NCBI RefSeq assembly: GCF_009914755.1
Contig: NC_060939.1
Reading direction: 5' to 3' (one strand)
Source: the human T2T-CHM13v2.0 reference genome, Homo sapiens
Length of the DNA: 64,000 nucleotides
In this document: one piece after another, positions 1 to 10,990 of the stretch
Layout of the letters: each line of letters opens with the position of its first letter
Position numbering within the stretch: position 1 is the first letter of the stretch
Translations under genes and position numbers: made by a program
Notes under the pieces: model-generated
What the model was told of the DNA's origin: nothing
Seen by the model: only the letters and a program-made list of their open reading frames with translations
Database searches by the model: none

Positions 1-399
1 AGGTGTCAAATCCAGCGTTTGGCAAGTTTAGTCTGGCTGATGGCAAATGGTTGTCTTCAAACTCACCTTCTCTCTTTTCTGTCCTTCTGGCTCCTTAATA
101 ACTCTCTCCCCTAGTTCCACCTTGACTCATTCAGAGATGAAAGGATGCTACAGTCTCATGTCGCCTGAGGTTTGGTGCATCCCCTCCACTCTCAAAGGGG
201 CTATTAGACCTTAAAACTGGCTCCTGAAGAGGGAAATGCCAGACCCAAAGTCAAAACTGTCCAAGGGGTCTTGCAGGTCTCTGCATCAGGGAGGAGAGAA
301 TCCCAGAGTGGGGCGGCCTCTTCTGAGGGGAGAAGCAAAGCGACGGCATGCCGGGGTGCCATAAAGCTCAGTCTAGCACAGCAAAGTGGCAAAAAGGAA

Positions 400-830
400 G
401 AATAAAACACCCATCTATTTAAAAGAGTAACGACAGGGAAAAATACATTTTCATCAGTTTGTCTTCTCGTGGCTGAATCCCCGCAGCAAGCTCCAAATTC
501 CGACGTTAGGAAATAAATCAAAATAACTTTGCTGTGTTTAGCCTCATTTTGCCGCGCCGCTCGGCTCCGAGTTAAAAAGCAACAGGTACCGTGGTGTCTC
601 TCCCAGAAACACAGGAACGGTTTTAAAATGCAATTATGGGGGTTGGTGGAAGGGAAGGGGAAAAATGTTTTTCTTCGATTGATGCATGATTGCCCCCATG
701 CTGTTTGGAATCGTATTTTCGCTGAGCTCTGCTAAGAAGTGCTATTTACAGGGAGCCTGACAGACGGAAGCGATTGGGTTTGGCGGGTCTAAATGTATTA
801 TTTTAGCAGGCCTCCAAGGAAAGATTCTGG
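400..830. promoter_or_regulatory. Candidate conserved non-coding element / enhancer
   Basis: Repeat-free, AT-rich but locally CpG-retaining (e.g. gccgcgccgctcggctccga near 551-570); AATTAT and TGATTG-type motifs; no coding signal. Confidence 0.4.
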
Positions 831-940
831 GAGGGGCGCTGGCCTTTTAAAGTGCAGAGGACAATGGAGCTGCTCTGCCTCAACCCTGCTTGTCAAGACC
901 AATCAGCCAGCCTGGAAACAGCTCCTGCTTTCTACAGAGG

Positions 941-989
941 CCTGCCTCCTGCCTCCTGCCTCCTGCCTCCTGCCTCCTGCCTCCTGCCT
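941..989 (+). repeat. (CCTGCCT)7 heptamer microsatellite
   Basis: Seven perfect tandem copies read directly; source of the LLPPASC repeats in the ORF track. Confidence 0.95.
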
Positions 990-1138
990 CCCCGCCTCCC
1001 CCGGCCGCAGCCTATTCTCCCCTCCCCTGCAGCCCTTGGCTCCCACTTGACAAATCCCATCAGTCAGTCGTTCACCCAGCTAGGACTTCCTGAGTCAGTC
1101 TAACAGGCTTGGCTCTTTTCTAGGCACTGCAGGGCTTC

Positions 1139-1853
<715 letters not shown>

Positions 1854-2159
1854 GCTTCTAAAAGGTCTCTGGTCAGATGCAGGACAAAGGCTCCCTGCAG
1901 GAGCCCAGGGAGGACAGCAGCTGGCTGAGAAGGGGATCAGCACAGTCTAGGAAGCCCAGAGCATTTGGCCCCAGGCCCCAGGAGATGAACGTGCAGGAGG
2001 ACATCAGGGACGGAAAACAGGTAGCAGGGAACAGTGGAAGGCAGTCATGGTTCCGAGATGATGGGTCTATGAAGAAATGGGACATGGTGGGCACCCAAGG
2101 CAGGATTATGGCATGGGTAGAGAATCCTACCTGATGATCAGCAGTAACTCTGTTTGAAC

Positions 2160-2335
2160 CCCTGCTGTGTATCAGGCACTGTTCTAAGCTGTTTCCATCT
2201 ATGAGGTCATTTAATCATCATGACTATGTGATAGGTTTCATTATTGCCCCCACTTCACAGATGAAACACGGAGAGGCGAAGCATCTTGCCCTAGGTCACT
2301 CAGCTAGTGAGTTGCAGGAGCTGGATTTGAACATC
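2160..2335 (-). mobile_element. MIR SINE
   Basis: cccacttcacagatgaaacacggagagg...ggtcactcagctagt...ggatttgaac matches the antisense MIR core. Confidence 0.8.
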
Positions 2336-2439
2336 CCCCACCCCTTAACTACTCTGCTGTGGGAACCCAACAGTGTGAGTCCTGGATGAGGCTGATGCAA
2401 GGCGGGAACAGCAGCCAAGAGGCAGGACGGGCTGAGCTA

Positions 2440-2900
2440 CTGACTGAGCCTCACAAGGTGCCAGGCTGGAATACGAAGTGAATAAAACCCAGTCCCTGCT
2501 TTCACAAAGTTGATGATCATATGAAGAAAGTGGTCATTTAAACAAATAACATAAAATACGATGCAGGGTGTCAGTACAGCAGCAGAGGGTTTTGCAAGAA
2601 ACAGAAGTATCACAGAGGGTGTGACTGGTTACACTGGTCCTCGTGGATGAGACAGGGAAGGCTTCCTGGAGAAGGTGATGTCTAATCTGAGTTTTAAAGG
2701 ACGAGTAGAAATTTGCTAAACGGATAGAAAGGGGCGGTGCAGGGAAGAGCAAGTGGGTGGAAGAACACTTGGGTGAGAGGTGAGATCTGGGGTGTAGGGA
2801 GATCCTGAAAGGATTTGTGAACCATGCTGAGGAAACCAGGGGTCTCAGTGATGGATGAAGTTGTGAATGAGAGAGGGAGGTTGATCCCGGCTTGAAGGGT
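2440..2900 (-). mobile_element. L2 LINE fragment
   Basis: cagtccctgctttcac... and ggaaggcttcctggagaaggtgatgtctaatctgagtttt are typical antisense L2 3' region. Confidence 0.7.
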
Positions 2901-2969
2901 TAGGGGTGCTGGGCTGGGAGCCCAACAGATCACTCTAGTGGGAGCAAGAAAGCAGTCTATTCTCTAGAC

Positions 2970-3195
2970 CTGGGCTTCTCAACCTGAGCATTCCTGACAG
3001 TTTGAGCCAAATTCAACCGTTGTAGGAGGTTTCCCTGTCCATCGTGGGATGCTTAACAGCATCTTTAGCCTCCATCCACTAGATACCTATAGAAGCACCC
3101 CACCCCCACCCTTCCAGTTTTGACAACCAGAAATGTCTTTAGGCATCGCCAAATGTCACCTGGGGGGCAAAATTGCTTCCAGTTGAGAACCGCTG
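2970..3195 (-). mobile_element. MER20 (hAT-Charlie DNA transposon fossil)
   Basis: ...gccaaatgtcacctggggggcaaaattgcttccagttgagaaccgctg matches the MER20 terminus. Confidence 0.85.
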
Positions 3196-3589
3196 GTCTA
3201 GGTTTTCATCATCTGGGAGAAATGCATGAGAAACAAAACAGCCATGCAGTCGGTGGAGGCTATGGAAGAGTTCTGTTTGGGCAATGTCTTAGATGAGAGA
3301 TGGCTTGTTCTAGGGAACTTGAGAGTAAAGGAGGGAGGACTGGAAGAGAATGGGTTTCAGGCCTCATGGGCAGATATTTAGATACAGGATGGCAAATACA
3401 GACTATGTATGTCTCATCCCCTGCCCAAGGCAGACATCGCTAATCAATCACAGTGCTCTTTCTCCCTAAGTCAGGACATAGTCAGCAGTGTTCTAGGGAG
3501 GCAGCCACCACAGCTCAGGAGGGAGGGGTGCAAGAGAAAAGATCCCTTGCCCTCCTAGGTGTAAGATTCTAAGAAGACCTCTAAGAAGA

Positions 3590-3698
3590 GGTCTTTCTAT
3601 GTTACCTAGGCTGATCTCGAACTTCTGGGCTCAAGTGATCCTCCTGCCTCGGCCTCCCAAAGTGCTGGGATTACACACATGAGCCACCACGCCCAGCC
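3590..3698 (-). mobile_element. Alu left-monomer fragment (FLAM/AluJ-like)
   Basis: ctcaagtgatcctcctgcctcggcctcccaaagtgctgggattac...cccagcc. Confidence 0.9.
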
Positions 3699-4189
3699 AA
3701 AATTGTTTTTTCTGACCTGAGGGACTCCTGAATTCAAAATTCCCCCACCCACAACTATCCCACCCCCACCTACCCAATCTAGACAACCTTGATTCCAATA
3801 GGAGAGTGGCAGGCTGCATTTTCCTGGTGAGGCTAAGAATTGCTGCCTTCCATCTTCCTCTTTTCAAAGGAAGAGCTGGTCCTGAGGGCCCCAAGGTCCA
3901 GGGTGAGGAGGGCATGTGGCTGCTTCCTCATGACAGGAAGGACTGGGTAGTGACAGAGGACACATGGGGGCAGGGGCACAAAGCGACTTCCGTGAGACCT
4001 AGCTCAGGGAGCTGGTCATATGGCCTAGCAAGGATGGCTCCATGGTGAGGAGGAGGCTGGGCTCGTGGTCTCCCATCTCACTGGGTGTCTGAGACTCAGG
4101 TATTGCTGGGTGGTTGGGGGAGCTGCAGCGTTTCCTTACCCAGGGGCCATCTGAGGGGTTCAGGCTTGAGTGCTTTCGGTCCTGCATTT

Positions 4190-4350
4190 CCTGAGCACCT
4201 GCCAGGTGCGAGGCACCCACAACTTCATTGCTCCCACAAACTTCCTGCAGGTAGACCTCATTGCTCTACATTTCAGGTAAGAAAAACTAAGTCTCAGAGA
4301 AGTTAACTAACTGCCCAGGGTCCACAGCCAAGGGAAAGCAGAGCAGGGTG
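4190..4350 (-). mobile_element. MIR SINE
   Basis: aagaaaaactaagtctcagagaagttaactaactgcccagggtccacagc. Confidence 0.7.
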
Positions 4351-4368
4351 GAAACCCTAAGTCACCAT

Positions 4369-4523
4369 CTGTGAGCTGGTGCTCACACACGTGGTGGTCC
4401 TCCACCACGCCATGTCCCTTGGCCACCTGGGGCTCATCTTTTAGAGGGAAAAGCTGTGAGCTGGGTGCTCCTCCACTACGCCATGTCCCTTGGCCACCTG
4501 GGGCTCTTCTTTTAGAGGGAAAA
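4369..4523 (+). repeat. Two-copy tandem duplication (~70-85 bp unit)
   Basis: 55-bp core tcctccac(c/t)acgccatgtcccttggccacctggggctc(a/t)tcttttagagggaaaa at 4398-4452 and 4469-4523. Confidence 0.92.
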
Positions 4524-4569
4524 ACAGAGGGACAGAGAGGATAAATAAACCGAGGGGCCATATAACAAA

Positions 4570-4790
4570 GTGGTGAAGGGCTCTGGACCAGACTGGGTTC
4601 AAATCCTGGTTCCGCCACTCAGTAGCCAGTGGCCCCAGGTGAGTTATTTAACCTCTCTTTGCCTGGGTTTCCTCATCTGTAACATGGAGACAGTGGGTCC
4701 TAACTCAGGTGCTGCCAGGACGTTAAGAGTTGCATGCTTGGCACAGCGCCAGAAACGTGGCGAGTACTTGGTGGTCGTCAGCTGCCACTG
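4570..4790 (+). mobile_element. MIR SINE
   Basis: ctgggttcaaatcctgg...ttaacctctctttgcctgggtttcctcatctgtaacatgg. Confidence 0.85.
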
Positions 4791-7700
4791 CTGCCATAAC
4801 AGGTAGACAGCATGGTAGTCAGAAGCCGGGCATCCCTTGCTCCACCCCTGACTCTCCTGCCTGCACAAGATGCAGCCCTCTCCTCTCGGAGCCCTTCTTA
4901 GAGGAAGCTTGCGGGGTGGTGTGTGTTTCTCTCACTGAGTCTGAAGCCGACCTCAACCCCAGCCTGAGCCAAATGTCACCGGAAAGGCATGGCCTGTGGT
5001 TTGCTGACGCCCCCGCCTCACCAGCCCTGGAAGCCTGCTGTGCCCTTGGGGCCCCAAAGGCAGAGGGCCTGGCTGGGCCAGCTCATGAGGTTGGAGGCTC
5101 TAGAAACCAGGCGGAAGGGACGAGGGTGGCAACCAGATTGGGTCCTCAGTGAGGGGCTGGAGAGGTGAGTGGTTAGAGCAGGTCAGGCTGTGCAGAGGGC
5201 CCAGGCCGTCTGGGGTGCTGGGCCATTTGTCCATCTTTCTGCCTACTTGTTCTTCCCTCTGCCTGGGAATTCCTCACGTGTGAGTTTCTCGCTTCTAAGG
5301 CAGCTGCCACTTACTGGTTTTCCTGCTCCTCGGCAGCCAGAGCTCAGTCACATGACCTCAGCTCTGCTAGCAGATATGCTCACGTGGGACCTCAGCCTGC
5401 AGTCAGGCGTCTGAAGAAGCAGATGCTGTGAGACCCCCGTCCAGCAGGAGTGCCAGCTGCTGGGCCCCCTCTCCCAGGGGCAGCTGTGGGCGGGACTCAG
5501 GGTTGGCACCCGGTGCCCAGCGTCCATGGTAGAAAGTGTGCTGGCTGAGAGTACCGTGGTGACCCCAAGGCCAGTCCTGCAGGGTGGCTTTAGGATTGGG
5601 TCCTGGTGGTGTGGCCTTTATGTTTGGGTCTCTAGTCCTCGCAGAGACTGACCAAGGGCTCAACTGAAAATCATTTAATAAATGCCTTTTTTCCTTAAAC
5701 AGATGGGATTTCTGTTGTTTCTTCTGTCCTGTGTGCCTCCCCCACTCCCTATCTAATGGATTATCTTTGGGGAAATTCAAACGGGCTTCTGAAGGACAGC
5801 TCCATGCTGTGCTTTTTGTGCCTGGCATTTATACAGATGAAATCAAGTTGAAATCAACATGGAGGGCTGCCTTGACCTGGAGGTGTGTGTGTGCCCGCAT
5901 GTGCACGGGTGTAGCCACAAAATGAGGATGTGCAGCTTGAGAATGGGGTGTGAGAGAGGTGGGTGCAATCTCAATGCCTGGCCGTGAGGCAGGTGGGTTT
6001 GGGACTGAGTGTGTGAAGCCATGTTCTTCCTGTACCAACTGCTGCCTCCCCATTTCTGCATCCTGGTGCAGGGCCTTGGGCTTCTAACTCCCACCGTCTA
6101 CCGGGACCTGAGCAGCACCAACCACAAGAGGGCAGACAGACAGACCACCCACAAGCTACCTCCAGGCCTCCTCTGGATGACCAACTCCTTTATGCCCAGG
6201 CCTGTGTCAAGCACTGGGTAGGGCTGGGGTAAGGCTGGGGAAAAAAAACCAGTAGGGACTCATTGCATTATAGGATTCCAGGGAGGGAAGGTACCTGTGT
6301 GACCATACATTGTGCTTTAGCCACAGTGCTTTGCTTTCCAGTAAAATCTATTTCAGCCCAACCAAAGCCAAGCTGTTCTGGGGGGCATCTCCCCAGCCCT
6401 TCCCAAGGACTCTGCACACCAGGACCAGACAATGATCTTTGTTTCAGAGAAAGGAAACTGCAACCTGGAGGTGGGTGGTGACTTGCTCAAGATCTCCCAG
6501 TGAGTTACCCACACAGCTCCCTCTAGTCTCCAGGGTAGAGAGTTTATGTGCATATGTGCGTGAGCGTGCAGACACACACAGGCACATATGTGCACACTCA
6601 GACAATGGACTGCGTGAAGGGTCTTCACCCTCTGTCTTCCACAAGGCCTGCTGTCCCCTCTGCTGGCCTAGACACTGACCACACTCATTCTGCTGCTGCA
6701 GTCCAGAGAGTCCTGTTCTCAGGTCCTAGGGGCTTTCACAGCCAGGCCACAACATCAGCAAAGGAGAACATTCCAGAAGTCTGGTGCGGCAGCCCTAGGG
6801 TTGGAGTTTCATGGGTTGGAAGGTTTGGTTCTAGCACAGGAGAGGGAACCAGACACTGTGAGGGAAGGAGATTAGGAAGGACCCAAGCAAGGGGAGGGAG
6901 GAGAGAGTGGGAACGAGAAAGAGAGAGAGGAGACAGAGAGAGATGTCAGGCAGGCAGAGCGTGCAAAGGAGCAGTGGGGCAGGAGGCTGGGAGAGAGGGT
7001 GACGAGATGGCAAGGGTGAGGCAGGGTGCACCACAGCGCAGTCCTGGGGCCACACCCCTCCCCAAATGTAGCCTGGTGTTCGCAGCCCGGGCCTGGCCAG
7101 AGCCTTTCCAGCTGAAAGGTGAGAAAGGGAAAGGGGACCCAATGAAGGCACCCCTGCAGTGGGTCTCTGGGCTCTGTCCTTGAATGTCACTGGTGCTAAT
7201 GGTGATCCACACCTCCAACCGCCTGCACAGGGCGGGAGCCTCCCAGCCCCTCCAGGGCTTTGTAAACACTGCCCCAAGCACTTGTGTGTGTGTTGTCTGT
7301 GAGGCTGTGTGCACTTGGATTTGAGGGTGTGTGTGCTTGTATGAGTGTGTCCAGGGGTGATGGTGTGACCATATGTATTTGTATGTTTGAGTGTGGATAC
7401 GTATGAGTGTGTGTGGCTGCCCTGAGTCCACGTGACCTCACTGAAGCTTATTTTGCTGTAAAGGCAGTTGGGCTGCTGGGTTGGGGCTGGGCCTAGGGAC
7501 AGTGGGGCTGGAGGGACAGGGAGAGGCACAGTCCTCTCCTTCTCCCAAACCGTGTAGAGAATGAGTGTGGAGCCTTCCCCAAATGAGACACCAGGAAGGA
7601 GACACCTCTACAGCGACAAGGGTACTGAGGGAAGGGAGGGCAGGGACAGGGGCTTCAATCCCAAACTTGCCATGGTTCCCTAACCATCTCCTCATGGTGA

Positions 7701-7870
7701 ACAAGTCTTCATCCAAACATGTGGTGCCCCAACCCATTCTTCTCAACCCCTCTTCTGTCCTCCCCATCTCGGTACCTGATGCCACCTCTCCAGTCCCCTG
7801 GACTAGGAGGGGGACAGCTGCTATGGGGCCTTTCCCTGGCATCCAGACCCCATTCCCATTCCTCTGTGGT

Positions 7871-8062
7871 CTGTGTGGATCAATACCGGAGCATATGTGA
7901 CTATTTAAATTTCAATTTAGGGTTAAATAATATTAAAAATCCAATTCCTCAATAGCACTAGCCACATTTTGAGTCCTCAATAGCCACACATGGCTGGTGG
8001 CTACTGGCCTGGGCAGTGCGGGTCTGGAACATTCCCATTATGGCAGGAAGTCCTATGGGGCA
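7871..8062 (-). mobile_element. MER3 (hAT-Charlie)
   Basis: gcactagccacattttgagtcctcaatagccacacatggctggtggctac...ggaacattcccattatggcaggaagtcctat matches the MER3 reverse complement. Confidence 0.8.
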
Positions 8063-8499
8063 TACTTGGGCTCACACACCTCTGGACCTTGGCTCATGCT
8101 GATATAACCACCAGGACTCCCGCCTCCCTTTGCCCACCTATAGAAGCCCTTCTCCAGGCTCAGCTCAGGCACCACCTTCCCTGGGAAAGCTTCCCGGTGC
8201 CACCAGGCTGGAATGCTCCACATCCACCTTCCTGCTCTGCTCTGGGCCTCCTTCTCACCTCTAGGCCATCAGCTCCTCCAAGACAGTGGCTGAGTCTTAT
8301 TGATGTATTTTTCTTTGTACACACACCTTTCTTCTTTCTAGCCATCCCATCTCTCTCCTTGCCCACCCACTCTTGTTTTCTCTCCCCATCCCCTCGGTTT
8401 TTCTCTCACAACCTCTTGGTTTGTCTTGCAGGCTCCTGCATTTCCTCTCACTGTTTCTCTCTTCCCCTGTCTCCCCTCCCTCTCCCCCTGCTTTGCTGG

Positions 8500-8860
8500 A
8501 AAGATGTTAATTGCACCTGCAATTACCTAATTGCCATGGCAATTAGCCAGTTGCACTCTATTTTGAAGGTGCAAATGGAAAATTGCAGGCATAAGGGGTA
8601 ATTTTTGGGCACAAAACTGTGCCCAGAGAACTTTGGCCTTGGCCCCGGGGGCCCAGGGGAGACTGGAGAGCTGGAGAGAGCCAGGTCTGGGGTGTGAAGC
8701 TCTTCTCCCAGGTGGGGTGGGACTTGGGGGTGGGGAATTCCCCTATAAGCAATTCACATCATCTCTAATGCAGAGCAAGACCAACCTGCCAGCTCTAATT
8801 ATAGTGATTTTCATATTATCACTAGTGCTGATGAGAACTCATCATCAATACTCAGCAAGG
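8500..8860. promoter_or_regulatory. Palindrome-rich candidate regulatory element
   Basis: Four inverted repeats in 8508-8625, several TAATT cores, G4 motif at 8714-8735, GGGGAATTCCCC at 8732-8743. Confidence 0.45.
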
Positions 8861-10409
8861 TCATTCAAGGTGCTGAGAGAGGGTGGGAGCCCGACCTCCA
8901 AACTTTCCAGGCTGGTGTGGAGGGCTGGGTCACAAGCCTACCCCAGAAGGCCACTTCCGGGGTGCAGGACGGAGCCCCAGAGCAACAATCAGGCTGCCTG
9001 GCACTTGCTGGCTGTGAGCACCTGGTGAGCAGTGGTGCAAAGAGGCCTGAAAAGTAAATGCGCTGAATTTCATGGGTGAAGTCCAAGGCTTAGCCCCTTT
9101 CAATCCCCTTCCTCTAGGAGTCAGCACTGCCAGGGGAGAAAGGAAGCAGGATGTCCACTTCTGTCAGGAGACATGTGACTCCAAGAGTAGCCCCTCCACA
9201 TGACCAGCGCCTGGCCAGCTGCCTGCTTTGGGAGCAAGTGGTTGTGAGCCTGGACAGTGGGTGTCTGGGGCCTTGGGCTTGGGTGGGGCTTGTGAGCAGT
9301 GACAAGAGATGACCCCCAGGGGTGCCCTTGTCCAGAAGCCTGCACTGGAGGTCAGAACCTGGGATCTAGCTCGGATAGGGGAGAGGGCTCTGGGATACAG
9401 GAGAGGCCATCTGGGGGTAGGAGATGGGGGCTCCTAGGGGACTGGCATCGATGTTGCATTGACAAGGCCAGGACTCCATTTCTATATGGACTGTGTGTGT
9501 TTAGGGCAGCCTTGGGGATGCTGATGGGGAGTTGGGGGAGGTGGTGGCTGGCATTGCTTATAGTCCTTGTCTCCTTAGGAAACCTGAGACAAGGAAGTCC
9601 CCAAACGATAACTGAATCCTACCATGTGCCCAGCATTGGGCTAGGTGCTTCTGGCAATACAGAGGCGACCAATCAGTGGACGTTATCCTCACTGGCTAGA
9701 CACTGGCTCCCTACTAGACAGGGAGTGTAGAGGGGTGTGTACAAGCAGACAAAGAAGGTTTGCAACAAGTGCAGGGACAATCTAGCTCAGCATTCATCTA
9801 CACACTGGGGAGTTTACAAATGCTATTGAATGAAGAAATGAACCAATTAATTAATGAATGGTTGAACAAGATGCTGCCTCTCACTTGAGGAGGCTGGGTT
9901 TGAGGTCCTGGGCATTTCTCACAGACTTGAAGTCCATGCTGATGCACCCCGCTTCTCCCTGCCTTTTCTGGAAACGTCCTCCAGCCTCATCTCTCCTCCC
10001 AGCCCTCCAGGGAACCCCTGCCTGTGGGATACAGCTTTCAGCCTGCGTTGCTCTGGCCCAGAGATTTTTGGAGCTTTACCTCTTGGGCCCTTGCTTTCCT
10101 GCTGAGAGGAAAGGATGTACTTTTTTTTTTTTTTTTTGTCCTAGTACGTTGTCAAACTGGCTTTTAAAATCCCAAAGCTCCAAGGCTCTAAGCAGTGAAG
10201 CTGCGGTACAAGTGACCCCTCAATCCTCCTCTGCCATGCATGGGAGTGGCTTGCGGGGGAGCTCAGAGCTGGAGTGAGGAAGATTGACTGCAGGGCTGGG
10301 GGCAGCCAGCAGCCCCGCCTTCCAGCCTACTCCACTCCTGCTACCCGCTTCCAGCACTGGCCTCCACACAGACATCCAACTAAACACAATACTGTCCAAG
10401 GCCTCAAGT

Positions 10410-10660
10410 ACAAGTTAATTAATTCACCAGAGGGAAGGCAGGCTATAAATAACTGATGGGAGCAGAGGGGGCAGCTGGGGCAGGTTTATTCACCAGCGGT
10501 TTCGCAGTCTCTGCTCTGGCAATACAGGTTAATGAGCACAGGCCTCCTTGCCGACATAATAGCGACTAAAAATAAAAAAAGAGGAACGAGTCACCCTCCC
10601 TGGTGAATCAGACGCCTCCAATTGTAGTTTCCATGCTGATACTGTAATTTTCCTGTTCCT
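10410..10660. promoter_or_regulatory. Candidate enhancer with two MEF2-consensus sites
   Basis: CTATAAATAA (10443-10452) and CTAAAAATAA (10566-10575) fit YTA(A/T)4TAR; TTAATTAA at 10415-10422; repeat-free. Confidence 0.4.
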
Positions 10661-10879
10661 CTTGCTCCCCCAGGGGCTGATGGAAACGGAACCCCCCCCC
10701 ACCCACCCGAAACCCCGCCGCAAAGGAGGCAGATCCCTTTCTGGTTTGTTTCCCTTCCTTTCAGGAAAGAGAGAGATGGTGGGTAGGCGGGAGGGAGGGC
10801 GACTGAAATCCAAGCCCAGACCCCAGGACATGTCAAAGTTGCAGACCCAACTCTGTCTCCTGTGACTAAATGCATGTCA

Positions 10880-10990
10880 TTGCCCTGGTCTATTCCCTCC
10901 CTCTAGATTTGTCAGATGAAGAAACTGAGGCACAGGGAGGAAAAGCAACTTGCCAAGAGTCTCCCAGGAGTGTCCCAGGAGTGCAGGAGC
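10880..10990 (-). mobile_element. MIR SINE fragment
   Basis: cagatgaagaaactgaggcacagggagg...acttgccaag. Confidence 0.75.

Noticed and set aside
4590-4615. GGGTTCAAATCC B-box as a tRNA gene
   Set aside because: It is the tRNA-derived head of a MIR; no cloverleaf.
6548-7529. Overlapping 211-aa and 232-aa ORFs
   Set aside because: Low-complexity GA/TG-rich sequence with no protein-like composition.
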